A stretch of 64,000 bases of DNA, taken from NCBI GenBank assembly GCA_963706595.1, contig OY970166.1:1056001-1120000 (forward strand), given 5' to 3'. Shown here one piece after another: positions 1 to 10,381 of this stretch. The notes beneath the pieces were generated by a model that saw only the letters and a list, made by a program, of their open reading frames with translations, had not been told where the DNA came from and did no database searches. The translations under genes and the position numbers were made by a program. The stretch's first letter is position 1. Each line of letters opens with the position of its first letter. The DNA comes from an uncultured cyanobacterium. Lineage in GTDB: Bacteria; Cyanobacteriota; Cyanobacteriia; Cyanobacteriales; Nostocaceae.

Positions 1-826
1 CCTCGCCCAAGGGAGGGATATTTGTACTAAAGGCAATTCGCAATTTACCGAGTTTTTCGGTAGTAGCAGCGAGAAATGAGGGTTCAGGGTTAGGCAACCA
101 GTAAGGATCACCGGTGAAGTAGCCAGACATGACATCTAAAAGGGCAGCAGCATCAGCCACAGTCCGGGCAATTGGTCCATTGGTAGCAATTCCCGCTAGG
201 CGATTGCCTACGGGCGCATGAGTGACTCTACCGCGTGATGGTTTGATGCCTACCAAACCACAGCAAGCCGCAGGCCCCCGCACTGAACCGCCACCATCGG
301 AACCCTGCGCGATCGCACATAATCCTGCTGCTACGGCTGCTGCTGCGCCGCCACTGGAACCGCCGGGAGTGTATTCTAAATTCCAAGGATTTCTAGCTGG
401 GGGAAAACCTGTAGGCTCAGTGTAAGGAAAAGAACCTAACTCTGAGGTGGCAGTTTTACCGAGAATAGTAAATCCAGCTTGCTTAATCCGAGTTACTACC
501 CCATCATCGTAGTTAGGAATATTTTCTATTAATGCTGGATGACCGTAATTACACGGTATCCCTGCCACGGCATTGAGGTCTTTAATGGAAATCGGCACAC
601 CAAAAAATGGCGGTAGTTCTGAGGTAGTTGTCAGTGTCTCTGTTTTGACTTTAGCATCTGCGATCGCCAATTCTGCTGCCACCGTAAAGTAACTTCCCAG
701 TTGGGGGTTCAATTGCGAAATCCTGTCTAAATATAATTCCACCAACTCTAACGGCGACACTTCCCGGCGACGAATCAAGTTGGCTAATTCTAGGGCTGGG
801 GTAAAAGCTAAATCAATTTCATTCAT
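1..826 (-). CDS. Amidase (amidase-signature family), 3' part runs off the window start
   Basis: Not in the ORF track. Manual minus-strand translation from ATG at 826 gives [36 protein letters not shown]..., with [24 protein letters not shown] and [27 protein letters not shown] signature motifs. Confidence 0.92.
   Translation of the reverse strand, partial: MNEIDLAFTPALELANLIRRREVSPLELVELYLDRISQLNPQLGSYFTVAAELAIADAKVKTETLTTTSELPPFFGVPISIKDLNAVAGIPCNYGHPALIENIPNYDDGVVTRIKQAGFTILGKTATSELGSFPYTEPTGFPPARNPWNLEYTPGGSSGGAAAAVAAGLCAIAQGSDGGGSVRGPAACCGLVGIKPSRGRVTHAPVGNRLAGIATNGPIARTVADAAALLDVMSGYFTGDPYWLPNPEPSFLAATTEKLGKLRIAFSTNIPPLGE
309..316. repeat. HIP1 octamer GCGATCGC (one example of dozens across the window)
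   Basis: GCGATCGC recurs throughout coding and non-coding DNA, a hallmark of cyanobacterial chromosomes. Confidence 0.95.
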
Positions 827-1039
827 AAGTTAGTTGATGGGCTATTTTGTCAATTGCTGAAATTTTTCCCGGAAAATCGTTACTTTTATCCCATGTCCGG
901 GAATCATGTAATATATAGATCCTCAAATTTGTCAATCAATCACAAGGCATAACTTGAATAGGCAGGGTGACATTCTTATTACTGCATAGTTATTTTAATT
1001 GTTTCGGATCAAATTTCGACAAATCGCCAAGGGATATTT

Positions 1040-2560
1040 ATGGCTAACTTAGAAAAAATTTTTGATGAATTACCCCAACTTGTTCTTCATCTGAAGTTGA
1101 ATCTTGGGAATTCACACGAAATTATGGAACAAATTATCCTGATTAATAATATTCAGGATCAACTACGTCTCCAGCAAAAAACCATTATTGAAGAACTCAG
1201 CTTTGTCAAACTTAATAATTATTCAATTCATACCCTCCCTCGTATTGGTACAATAGCAAGTCTGTTTCTGACTCATATTTGTGTATTAGAGACAGATACT
1301 AATGCTAGAACAAAATATATTACCGCAAAATTTGGCAATCCTTACACAGAAATATCACTTAATGACTTACAATCAAAAATTGATTATTGGATTGAATGGG
1401 GTGATCTTCTTCATGTTATATCTGCCGATATTTTAAATAAACCTGAATTAGTCAGTCAACTAAATTCTGATAGTCATTATGCCAATTTACCTGTTCAAGT
1501 GCAAAAAGTTAGTCAAAACTTAAAATTTAACTTAGCATTTACCAACCCTGAGATTTTACAGCAGCAACTCCAGCAACTTAACAATACTCAAGCAGAAGCT
1601 TTGCAGGTAAAAGAGAAATTAAATTATATTTTTAATACAATTAAGAGTAGCCCTGATTTGTTAACAATTTTGTTAGGTGTATCATCTTTTTGTGGTAAAT
1701 CTGGCTTGAGCTTAGAATGGTGGGATGATGATCAAGAATTAATTATATCTAGTGATGGTAAATTTCATGAATTAACAGATATTCTCAATGAATCTGAAAA
1801 ATTACAGGAAACTATTAATACTTTAATTATCAAGATTAATACTTTAACACAACAGGCAGAACATTCACTGAGACAGTTTACACCAGAAACTCCGCCAGAA
1901 CCAGAAACTCCGCCAAAAGCAATCATTCATCATCCAAAAAAAGTCATACCAAAAAATAGATCATCAAAAGTATTTCCTCTGAATTTAACCATAGTTTCAA
2001 GTTTACTATTCTTGGTTTTTAGTGGCTGGATAATTAATCACAAAGTTCCATTTTTTCAGCAAACAATATTGATTTCCAGTCAGGAAACCACAGCAGCTAC
2101 TAACTTTAAATCTGCCCTCAGACTTGGTTTAGAAGCTTCCAATTTGGTAAAAAATCCGCCGCATTCTTTAAGCCTATGGGAACAAGCAGAAACCAAATGG
2201 GAACAAGCAATAGAATTGTTAACCACTATCCCTGAAGGTACATCTGTGTATACTCCCGCAACTGAGAGATTAGTTGTCTATCGCCTTAACCGAACTGCTA
2301 TCAATAAAAGAGCATTAAGCGAAAAACAAGCCCAAGAAAATTTCCAACAAGCCCAAAAGTTGGCAACAGAAGCTACTTTTTTTGTAAAAAGTTCACCTCA
2401 ATCATTGTCAAATTTAACCGAAGCAAAAAATAAATTACAGCAAGCAATCAATATTTTAGAAAATATTCCCAAAAGTGTCTCTATTTATCAACAAGCTCAA
2501 GAAATGCTTCCTACTTATAAAACTAGCTATGCAAGTATTAAGATTATCATTAAAGATTAA
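1040..2560 (+). CDS. Hypothetical protein: coiled-coil N-terminus, one TM segment, TPR-like helical C-terminus
   Basis: 506-aa ORF; hydrophobic LTIVSSLLFLVFSGWII; repeated WEQA..W.QAI.LL..IP helical motif seen in cyanobacterial membrane-anchored proteins. Confidence 0.7.
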   Translation: MANLEKIFDELPQLVLHLKLNLGNSHEIMEQIILINNIQDQLRLQQKTIIEELSFVKLNNYSIHTLPRIGTIASLFLTHICVLETDTNARTKYITAKFGNPYTEISLNDLQSKIDYWIEWGDLLHVISADILNKPELVSQLNSDSHYANLPVQVQKVSQNLKFNLAFTNPEILQQQLQQLNNTQAEALQVKEKLNYIFNTIKSSPDLLTILLGVSSFCGKSGLSLEWWDDDQELIISSDGKFHELTDILNESEKLQETINTLIIKINTLTQQAEHSLRQFTPETPPEPETPPKAIIHHPKKVIPKNRSSKVFPLNLTIVSSLLFLVFSGWIINHKVPFFQQTILISSQETTAATNFKSALRLGLEASNLVKNPPHSLSLWEQAETKWEQAIELLTTIPEGTSVYTPATERLVVYRLNRTAINKRALSEKQAQENFQQAQKLATEATFFVKSSPQSLSNLTEAKNKLQQAINILENIPKSVSIYQQAQEMLPTYKTSYASIKIIIKD

Positions 2561-2601
2561 GTTTTTATCCAACTCAACATGAAAACTGCTTGCAGAAAAG
2601 A

Positions 2602-3225
2602 TTACAAATTACTTCCTACTTGAAAAATTTGATCCACAGTCAAATTTAACTCTGGGAACACTGGCGATTGAATGCAATCGCTTCCCCGAAACTGGCTAAC
2701 TTGATACTCACCTTCAATGAGTTGGTATACAGAAATAGTCGGTTGTTTGGGATTACCGATAAATTTTCTTCCCCCTAAAGCTAGATAATCCACTACCCAA
2801 TATTCAGGAATACCCATTTCCTCGTAATCAGCTAACTTTTTGTAGTAATCATCTCGCCAATTACTACTAACCACTTCAATCACCAATGGCGCTGATGCAC
2901 CTTGAGTAACAGTTGATTGTTTTTTCCACAACTCTTCATTTACCAAATTAGCCCGGTTCAATATCAAAACATCTGGTAAATAAGCTGATTCGCTTTCAGG
3001 TGGTTTAACTAATGCTTGTTTAGGGATAGTATAGGGAAGATCCAATCTGTCAAATTCTACAGTGATTTTTCTGGCTAAAAACCCTGTAACTTCTTCATGT
3101 TCTCCTAATGGTTGTGGCATTTCAAAAATTACTCCATCATGTAATTCATAGCGTCTACCTTCAGGTTTCCACTCGACAAACTCTGCATAAGTTACTACTT
3201 TGGGTTTGGTTATGGCTTGAGTCAT
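2602..3225 (-). CDS. Uma2 family (DUF820) putative endonuclease
   Basis: RYELHDGVI, PDVLIL, LVIEVVS, K..DYEEMGIPEYWVVD motifs. Confidence 0.92.
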   Translation of the reverse strand: MTQAITKPKVVTYAEFVEWKPEGRRYELHDGVIFEMPQPLGEHEEVTGFLARKITVEFDRLDLPYTIPKQALVKPPESESAYLPDVLILNRANLVNEELWKKQSTVTQGASAPLVIEVVSSNWRDDYYKKLADYEEMGIPEYWVVDYLALGGRKFIGNPKQPTISVYQLIEGEYQVSQFRGSDCIQSPVFPELNLTVDQIFQVGSNL

Positions 3226-3281
3226 AAAACCTCATCTATCAGTTAACAGTTAACAGTTATCAGTTAAGTGAGATACAAGAA

Positions 3282-3319
3282 CCCCACCCCCAACCCCCTC
3301 CCCGCAAGCGAGGAGGGGG
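3282..3319. repeat. REP-like GC-rich hairpin repeat (CCCCTCCTCGCTTGCGGGGAGGGG family), reverse copy
   Basis: Same palindrome at about 5494, 8598, 10365/12003 (interrupted), 23691, 27643, 46553 and 58351. Confidence 0.85.
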
Positions 3320-3442
3320 CTATGATGTACTTCATTGAAGTCGATACCGCTATATCAGTGAACAGTGAACAGTTATCAAGTATATGTAGGGTGTGTTTCA
3401 TAAATCCAATATGAGTCCTATAACTGATAACTGATAACTGAT

Positions 3443-4270
3443 TTAAACTTTTGTGCGGTCTGTCAAAATTTCGTAACCTGTTTCTGTCACCAAGACTGTA
3501 TGCTCAAACTGGGCGGATAGGGAATTATCTACAGTTACAGCCGTCCATCTGTCAGATAATATTCTGGTGTGCTTAGAACCTGCATTCAAAATTGGTTCAA
3601 TTGCTAAGGTCATCCCGGCGCGAAGTTTCACATTGGGCATTTCGCGGGTGCGGAAGTTGAAAACTGATGGTTCTTCGTGTAAATTCCGACCAACACCATG
3701 TCCGGTAAATTCTTCAACTACACTGAAACCATTACCTTTTACATGGTCTTCTATTGCTCCTGCCAAGTCCAGCAAATAAGCGCCTGCTTTGACTTGTTCA
3801 ATACCTTTAAAAAGAGCTTCTTCAGCTATGCGAATTAATTTAGCAGCATCTGGTGTTACTTCACCCACGGCAATTGTAATGCAGGAATCACCATGAAAAC
3901 CTTGATAATAAGCACCTGTATCTACTTTTAATACATCCCCAGTGCGAATTACTTTCTTAGCATTGGGAATGCCATGCACGACTTCATTATTAATACTAGA
4001 GCAAATAGAACCCTTAAAACCGTGATATCCCTTAAAGCTGGGTGTAGCATCCATTTCGCGGATACGTTTTTCTGCATAAGCATCTAAATCTGCTGTACTC
4101 ATTCCTGGTTTTACCATTTCAGAAATTTCTTTGAGTACAGTAGCGACAATTTTTCCTGATTGCCGCATAATGTCAATTTCACGCGGCGATTTAATTTCAA
4201 TACCCCGACGTTGTTTTTGTGCAGGTTTAGGCTGGGTTTTTTGAGCAAGCAAATTAGTGAGAATGTTCAT
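3443..4270 (-). CDS. map: Type I methionine aminopeptidase
   Basis: [47 protein letters not shown] motifs. Confidence 0.97.
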   Translation of the reverse strand: MNILTNLLAQKTQPKPAQKQRRGIEIKSPREIDIMRQSGKIVATVLKEISEMVKPGMSTADLDAYAEKRIREMDATPSFKGYHGFKGSICSSINNEVVHGIPNAKKVIRTGDVLKVDTGAYYQGFHGDSCITIAVGEVTPDAAKLIRIAEEALFKGIEQVKAGAYLLDLAGAIEDHVKGNGFSVVEEFTGHGVGRNLHEEPSVFNFRTREMPNVKLRAGMTLAIEPILNAGSKHTRILSDRWTAVTVDNSLSAQFEHTVLVTETGYEILTDRTKV

Positions 4271-4482
4271 GGGGAGTGAATAATTACTGATGTTTTACTA
4301 CTACAATCGCCGGATTTTTTCTTAATTGAAAAACAATATCTATAATTTAAGTTAACGTATTTTTGCTCCAGGCTCTGCTAATTCTGGGGACGGTTGACGA
4401 TTGACTGGGCTTTTCCCCACTCCCCCGGTTACTGAGCGACTTGTACTGAGCGAAGTCGAAGTAAGTCGAAGTAACTCCCCAC

Positions 4483-4992
4483 TCATCGGATAGCAATTTC
4501 ACCAATCATACCTGCTTCTGTATGTCCTGGGATGGAACAGTGCAATTTATAGCTTCCTGGTTTCATGGGTACAAACACCCATTCTGCTTCACCACCTGGC
4601 TTGAGTTCTAGTTCATGAATTGCGCCTTTAACTTCTACTTTGCCTGCTTGGACTTTTTGTGTCCAGATACCATCGGCAAAGTCTTTGGCGGTGAAATAAT
4701 GCTTCAATTGGCTGGGATTATTCAGGCGCAGTAGATAGCGTTTACCGGGGACAAATTCTAAATAATCGGGTTCAAACTTGAGTTCGTTAGCAGAATTACC
4801 TAAACTAATTGTAATTTCTGTGGCTGGTTGTTTGAGTAAATTGTCTGGAGAATTAGCGGCGATCGCCTGCTCATTACTCCCAAAACCCAGGCACAGTAAC
4901 AAAAATACTACAGTTAATCGCCGAATTGTTTGCAGCCTAGCCAGAATAAACGGGTATAAAATTTTTTGAATTTCTTTAAATAACCAAGTCAT
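4483..4992 (-). CDS. Exported cupredoxin / blue-copper-binding protein
   Basis: Signal-like hydrophobic stretch; H(YF) and C-SIPG-H-TEAG-M type-1 copper ligands. True start may be downstream. Confidence 0.82.
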   Translation of the reverse strand: MTWLFKEIQKILYPFILARLQTIRRLTVVFLLLCLGFGSNEQAIAANSPDNLLKQPATEITISLGNSANELKFEPDYLEFVPGKRYLLRLNNPSQLKHYFTAKDFADGIWTQKVQAGKVEVKGAIHELELKPGGEAEWVFVPMKPGSYKLHCSIPGHTEAGMIGEIAIR

Positions 4993-5012
4993 TATTATTC
5001 AGTAGTCCTCAA

Positions 5013-5447
5013 TTACGAATTATTAATTGTAGCCATACACCTAATAAATTCTAAAGGTAAACCATCAGTATCAGCAATAAAAGCTACCTCCCAGATGCGA
5101 TCGCCTATTTGCTGCTGCGTCGGTTCTAATAGTATTTTCAGGGGTGGTAAATCTGCCACCGCATCTACACATAATTGTAAATTTGTCAACCAGCTAGGTA
5201 AATCTGATGTAATATCAGTTAAATCAAAAGACAGATGATAATAGCCCACATAATGTTCATCTGTAAACGCATCCGGGGCTGGTTTCGGTTCAGGAATTTG
5301 GATTAATTCAATTCTGCCATTTAGCCCTTCCATCCAGCAAGCCAGAGTATAACCTGTGGTGAAGCGTTCACAAACTGTAAAGCCTAATTGTTCATAAAAG
5401 GCGATCGCGCGATGAATATTCGCAGTCCGAATCGAAGCATGGTGCAT
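5013..5447 (-). CDS. VOC / glyoxalase family protein
   Basis: MHHASIRT..AIAFYEQLGF, GYYHLSF, FIADTDGLPLEF. Confidence 0.88.
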   Translation of the reverse strand: MHHASIRTANIHRAIAFYEQLGFTVCERFTTGYTLACWMEGLNGRIELIQIPEPKPAPDAFTDEHYVGYYHLSFDLTDITSDLPSWLTNLQLCVDAVADLPPLKILLEPTQQQIGDRIWEVAFIADTDGLPLEFIRCMATINNS

Positions 5448-5493
5448 AATTTAGTCATTAGTCATTAGTCACTAGTCATTAGTCATTATTGCT

Positions 5494-5529
5494 CCCCTCC
5501 TCGCTTGCGGGGAGGGGCTGGGGGTGGGG
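5494..5529. repeat. REP-like GC-rich hairpin repeat, preceded by an AGTCATT heptamer array
   Basis: cccctcctcgcttgcggggaggggctgggggtgggg, same family as the 3282 copy. Confidence 0.85.
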
Positions 5530-5581
5530 TGATTGATTTAATAGCCACTGGGTTTATACTCAGCACTCAGCACTTCCCACC

Positions 5582-6094
5582 TTACTCAAACAAGCGAAAA
5601 TAAGGATAACGTACAGGGACACCAGGCTCTTTTTCCAAATCAAAATTAATCACATCCCAACAAGGATCTTCCCCACCATCTGGACTAAAATCCACAGGCA
5701 GTCCGTATAATCTTGCATAGGTAGTTTCCGGCTGTCCAGAACGCCAAGGAGTGCTGCGTTCTAAATAGCCACTCATCATTTCCTGATAACGTGCAGCAAT
5801 AATTACTCGTGTTGCTCTGTAACCTTGAGTGTATAGCTTATCCAGTGCCTCGTGGATTTCAAAGCGAATCCCATCAGGATGGGTATGCTGTCTATACCAA
5901 TCATTATTCCAACGTCGCCAATGACGACCCGACTGTAGATGAACTAACTCTTCAGTTTTAGGGTCAGCCTCAAAAGCACCGTGTCGGGGACACAAATAGG
6001 TATCTGTTAGTGTCAACGCCGGAATAGTCTGACGACAGTGGGGACACTGAATGTCAGGGCCAAATATAGGGTACTGCAAGCCTGGATTCATCAT
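5582..6094 (-). CDS. Conserved cyanobacterial protein (TIGR02652-like) with N-terminal zinc ribbon
   Basis: LQYPIFGPDIQCPHCRQTIPALTLTDTYLCPRHGAFEA; C-terminal VPVRYPYFRLFE. Confidence 0.85.
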   Translation of the reverse strand: MMNPGLQYPIFGPDIQCPHCRQTIPALTLTDTYLCPRHGAFEADPKTEELVHLQSGRHWRRWNNDWYRQHTHPDGIRFEIHEALDKLYTQGYRATRVIIAARYQEMMSGYLERSTPWRSGQPETTYARLYGLPVDFSPDGGEDPCWDVINFDLEKEPGVPVRYPYFRLFE

Positions 6095-6332
6095 GAAGTG
6101 CGTACAAACATAGTTTCGTCTTCACCAGCACCAGTGAGTTGAATTTTACAATTCGGCTTCTCTATTTTCAAGGCTGGCTCGTTGCTGCAAAGAAACGGAG
6201 TTACAGCATGAGCAATTTTCACTAGCATCAGACTCAGTTGAGAGACCTGACACCGTGATATCCTGGTTGTGCAACCAGCCTCAAACGTGAGAGTTTCAAA
6301 GAGTTTCCTGGGTACCATATTCATATTCTATC

Positions 6333-6863
6333 GTGTCTACAGTTTCTTACTGGCCATCTCCCGATTTTTCTCAAGCAGTCTTCATTGCAGCCAACGCTGT
6401 CATCATCGGTTCGGTAAACATTCAAGCCGGGGCGAGCATCTGGTATGGTGCAGTCGTGAGGGGAGATGTAGAACGAATTGATCTTGGCGAATGTACAAAC
6501 ATTCAGGATGGGGCAGTTTTACATGGTGATCCAGGTTTGCCCACAATTTTAGAAGATCATGTCACCGTCGGGCATCGTGCTGTCATTCATTCCGCCTACA
6601 TTGAACGTGGCTGCTTAATTGGCATTGGGGCGATTATTTTAGATGGGGTCAGAGTCGGTCATGGTAGTATTATTGGAGCTGGCTCAGTCGTCACTAAAAA
6701 CATTCCCCCCCACTCGCTGGTTGTGGGTGTTCCCGGTAAAGTATTGCGCCAAATTTCCGCAGAGGAAGCCGCAGAATTGATCGAACACGCCGAACGTTAC
6801 AAAAAGTTAGCTTTGGTTCATGCGGGAAAAGGAAATGATCTCGGCTTTCACCCAAAGAAATAG
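6333..6863 (+). CDS. Gamma-carbonic anhydrase family (hexapeptide repeat) protein
   Basis: IWYGAVVRGD, TNIQDGAVLH, VTVGHRAVIHSA motifs; GTG start. Confidence 0.93.
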   Translation: MSTVSYWPSPDFSQAVFIAANAVIIGSVNIQAGASIWYGAVVRGDVERIDLGECTNIQDGAVLHGDPGLPTILEDHVTVGHRAVIHSAYIERGCLIGIGAIILDGVRVGHGSIIGAGSVVTKNIPPHSLVVGVPGKVLRQISAEEAAELIEHAERYKKLALVHAGKGNDLGFHPKK

Positions 6864-6954
6864 CTCAAAACATTGTAATATAACTATATATTGGTCAGGT
6901 AACACCAGACAATAAATAAGACTTTTATTTTCACTTAAAAGAGGGGTTCTAGAA

Positions 6955-7080
6955 ATGGATATCGATTACCGTATTGCCATCGTTGTTGCACCAATTGCCA
7001 TTGCTGGTGCTTGGGCTGCTTTTAACATTGGAGCCGCAGCTTTAAGACAAGTGCAAAACTTTTTGAACAAAGAAGCATAA
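6955..7080 (+). CDS. psbY: Photosystem II protein Y
   Basis: Below the ORF-track cutoff. Translates to [41 protein letters not shown], with GAGGGG RBS upstream. Confidence 0.95.
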   Translation: MDIDYRIAIVVAPIAIAGAWAAFNIGAAALRQVQNFLNKEA

Positions 7081-7102
7081 GCTTAATCACAATCATCCAT
7101 CT

Positions 7103-7143
7103 AAAACCGGCTGTTTCTCTAATCAAGGGAAGCCGGTTTTATT
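7103..7143 (+). terminator. Probable intrinsic terminator after psbY
   Basis: aaaaccggct...agccggtttt stem followed by a T-rich run. Confidence 0.65.
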
Positions 7144-7174
7144 GCAAAGTGCTGAGTGCTTATTCCTAACTAAG

Positions 7175-7243
7175 CCTCTTCTCCCCTGCCCCCTGCCCCC
7201 TGCCCCCCTGCTTCTTCTCCCCTGCCCCCCTGCCTCTTCTGCT
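7175..7243. repeat. CCCCTGC heptamer (STRR-type) array
   Basis: Tandem cccctgc / cctcttct units just before folC. Confidence 0.85.
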
Positions 7244-7244
7244 T

Positions 7245-8507
7245 GTGGATATCAACTCTTTACTCCAACCCTTTGGGCGTTTCGGCGTTAATTTAGGACT
7301 GTCGCGCATTATCAAACTGTTGGCAAATCTCGGCAACCCTCACCAGCAAGTTCCAGTCATTCATGTTGCCGGCACTAACGGCAAAGGTTCGGTTTGTGCT
7401 TATCTTGACTCTATACTGACTGAGGCTGGTTATCGTACAGGATGTTATACCTCTCCTCATTTAGTCCATTGGACAGAACGCATTAGCATCAACAAACAGC
7501 CAATTTCCTCTGAGGAATTTAGCCAATTAATCTTACAAGTTCAAGACGCTATTCAACCTGATGATGAGTACCCGACTCAGTTTGAAGTGATTACCGCAGC
7601 TGCTTGGTTGTATTTTGCTCAAGCTCAAGTTGATGTGGCTGTGGTAGAGGTGGGTTTAGGCGGGCGCTTGGATGCGACTAATGTTTGTGAGCAGCCGTTA
7701 GTGACAATAGTTACATCAATTAGCCGTGAACACTGGCAGCAATTAGGACCGACTGTAGCTGATATTGCTAGAGAAAAAGCTGGTATTCTGAAATCAGGAT
7801 GTCCGGTGATAGTTGGGCAGTTGCCACCAGAGGCGGAAAATGTGGTGCGATCGCGCGCCCAAGAATTACAATGCTCATATATTAAGCCTCAACCTGCCCA
7901 TCAAATATCTCCCAGATGGGCTGAGTATAAAACTATTAAAAATTCTCACATCCTTAAATATCCTCTACCATTACATGGGCAAATACAATTAACTAATTCT
8001 GCCTTGGCTTTAGCTGCTGTAGAAATTCTCCAAAACACAGGTTGGGAGATTTGTCAAGAGTCCATTGTGAATGGTATGAGCAAAACTCAATGGCCGGGGC
8101 GAATGCAATGGGTGAGTTGGAAACAACAAAAATTATTAATTGATGGCGCTCATAACCCAGCCGCAGCCCACGCACTGCGAGATTATATAGATAGCTTAGA
8201 CACCCCTAAAATAACTTGGGTGATGGGAATGCTTTCTACTAAAGAGCATAAAGATATTTTTCAAGCTTTGTTGCGCTCATCGCATGACCAATTATATCTC
8301 GTCCCAGTACCAGATCACAGTTCAGCCAATCCTCTGGAATTAGCCAAAATAGCTCGTGAAACCTGTCCAGAATTATCAGTGTGTGAAACTCATCCAGATT
8401 TATCATCAGCCCTAGAAGCAGCATTCACTTCCACAAATCATCAAGTTGTTTTGTGTGGTTCCCTTTACCTAATCGGGCATTTTTTCACAACTTTGCCCTC
8501 AAAGTAA
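7245..8507 (+). CDS. folC: Folylpolyglutamate synthase / dihydrofolate synthase
   Basis: IHVAGTNGKGS, YTSPHL, EVGLGGRLDATNV, WPGR, IDGAHNP, CGSLYLIG. Confidence 0.96.
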   Translation: MDINSLLQPFGRFGVNLGLSRIIKLLANLGNPHQQVPVIHVAGTNGKGSVCAYLDSILTEAGYRTGCYTSPHLVHWTERISINKQPISSEEFSQLILQVQDAIQPDDEYPTQFEVITAAAWLYFAQAQVDVAVVEVGLGGRLDATNVCEQPLVTIVTSISREHWQQLGPTVADIAREKAGILKSGCPVIVGQLPPEAENVVRSRAQELQCSYIKPQPAHQISPRWAEYKTIKNSHILKYPLPLHGQIQLTNSALALAAVEILQNTGWEICQESIVNGMSKTQWPGRMQWVSWKQQKLLIDGAHNPAAAHALRDYIDSLDTPKITWVMGMLSTKEHKDIFQALLRSSHDQLYLVPVPDHSSANPLELAKIARETCPELSVCETHPDLSSALEAAFTSTNHQVVLCGSLYLIGHFFTTLPSK

Positions 8508-8552
8508 CTTTGAACTCCGGGTTTTACCCCCCTTAATCCCCCCTTGCAAAGG

Positions 8553-8707
8553 CTACGGTGTACACACAAGTCTTGAATTGTCTGTTGTGTCATAAGACCC
8601 CACCCCTAGCCCCTCCCCGCAAGCGAGGAGGGGAACAAGATTTTTGATTAAATCTGGTTTTTAGGGCTGGAAACTCTCTTTGGGTCAGGATTTGTGTACA
8701 CTGTAGC
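8553..8707. mobile_element. MITE with GCTACGGTGTACAC ends carrying a REP-like hairpin
   Basis: gctacggtgtacacacaagtc ... gatttgtgtacactgtagc inverted ends; a related end occurs at about 55783. Confidence 0.7.
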
Positions 8708-8851
8708 TTGGAAAGGGGGGAGACCGGAAAATCTAGTTACCTCCCCTTTCCAAGGAACCACCGTGTACGTGTGTAGGGTGTGTTGTCGCGTAGCGCAACG
8801 CACCATCTTCAATTACTGGTGCGTTATGGACGTTAGTCCTAACGCACCCTA

Positions 8852-8956
8852 CTAGCGTGGCAAGGCTAAAATGTTGCAATAGATTTTTGAGAAAATTCAG
8901 ATAAATCAATGTTTTCGGCTTTTTCCTAATGCACTACTTTAAGCTTGTCACGCCAC
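8852..8956. mobile_element. 105-bp IS630-type MITE (left copy)
   Basis: Ends ctagcgtggcaaggctaaaatgttgca / tgcactactttaagcttgtcacgccac match the adjacent IS630 TIRs; TA on both sides. Confidence 0.85.
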
Positions 8957-8958
8957 TA

Positions 8959-10207
8959 CTGGTGTGACAAGCTTAAAATGTTGCATTAGAATGGAGGAAA
9001 AAAAAGGAGAAATTGATGGGGAGAGGTCGGAGAGATAAAGTAATATTAGATACAGAAAAAAGACAAAGATTAGAAGCGATCGCGCGCAACGGATATGCCC
9101 CAGCCAAAAAAATATTGCACGCACAGGTGTTGTTAATGTGCGATGAGGGAGAGGGTGCAACGAAGAAATGGACAGATGAAGAAATAAGTATAGCCTTAAG
9201 GGTTCATCGCAATACGGTGGCAAGAATTAGGAAGAGGTTCCTTGAAAATGGAGAAGAACCTGCCTTAAATCGTTATCAGAGGTTAAAACCACCAAATCCC
9301 AGCAAAATAGATGGTTATACTGAAGCCCAAATCATCGCATTATGTTGTTCTGAACCTCCCACGGGGCAAGCACACTGGAGTCTAAGATTACTGACGCAAG
9401 AAATTCAAAACCGAAAAATTGTCATAGAAATTTCTAGGGAGACGATTAGAAAGACATTAAAAAAAACAAATTACGCCCCTGGAAAACAGAAAGATTTTGT
9501 ATTCCCGAACGGGATATAGCACGTTTTGTCTCTCAAATGGAAGTAGTTTTAGACCTCTACAGCCAAGAACATAGTGATTTGGAACCTTTAATCTGTATGG
9601 ATGAAGCTTCTAGACAATTAACAGGGCATCTTTATGAGCCAAAACCAATGGAACCGGGTGAAGATGCAAAAGAAGATTATCACTATACTCGCGAAGGAGT
9701 CCAAGCTTTGTTCATGTTTTTTGACCCAATCAGAGGTTGGCGACGTGTCAGCAATCGCGCTCATCGGACTCGTGTTGATTGGGCCGAAGAAGTCCGTCAA
9801 CTATTAGATGAAGACTATCCCCAAGCCACCAAGGTCAAATTGCTATGTGACAACCTCAACACTCATAGCATTGCATCGCTTTACGAAACTTTTCCCGCAC
9901 CAGAAGCTCACCGCTTGGCTAGAAGACTTGAGATTTATTACACTCCTCGCAATGGAAGCTGGCTCAATGTTGCCGAGATTGAATTAAGCGTTTTAAGCCA
10001 ACAGTGCCTAGACCGACGAATTCCTAGTATTTGTCAACTATCTACAGAATTGACCGCTTGGCAAAACGAACGTAACCGCACCGCAGGTAAAGTTATTTGG
10101 CGTTTTACTACTGATGATGCTCGTATCAAACTTAAACATCTTTACCCAGTGTTTGAAACTCACAAAATCGTTGATTCTAATGCACTATTTTAAGCTTGCC
10201 ACGCTAC
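8959..10207 (+). mobile_element. IS630 family insertion sequence
   Basis: About 30-bp TIRs (ctggtgtgacaagcttaaaatgttgcattag / ctaatgcactattttaagcttgccacgctac), TA on both sides, two-ORF transposase. Confidence 0.93.
9013..10193 (+). CDS. IS630 transposase (orfA 9013-9519 + orfB to 10193, joined by a -1 frameshift at about 9459-9466)
   Basis: orfA is an HTH domain; orfB is the DDE domain (CMDE, LLCDNLNTH, YTPRNGSWLNVAEIE). An A-run in TTAAAAAAAACAAA links the frames: ...TLK-KNKLRPWKTERFC...MEVVLDLY. Confidence 0.92.
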
Positions 10208-10209
10208 TA

Positions 10210-10314
10210 CTGGCGTGACAAGGCTAAAATGTTGCAATAGATTTTTGAGAAAATTGAGATAAATCAATGTTTTCTGCTTTTGCCTAATGCACTACTTTAA
10301 GCTTGCCACGCCAC
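10210..10314. mobile_element. 105-bp IS630-type MITE (right copy)
   Basis: Near-identical direct copy of 8852-8956; TA on both sides. Confidence 0.85.
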
Positions 10315-10381
10315 TAGACTAAAAACTACTGGACTAAAAACAGAATTTAACCGGAAATCCAGTTCCCCTCCTCGCTTGCGG

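Noticed and set aside
222..425. 67-aa plus-strand ORF
   Set aside because: Antisense to the amidase signature region.
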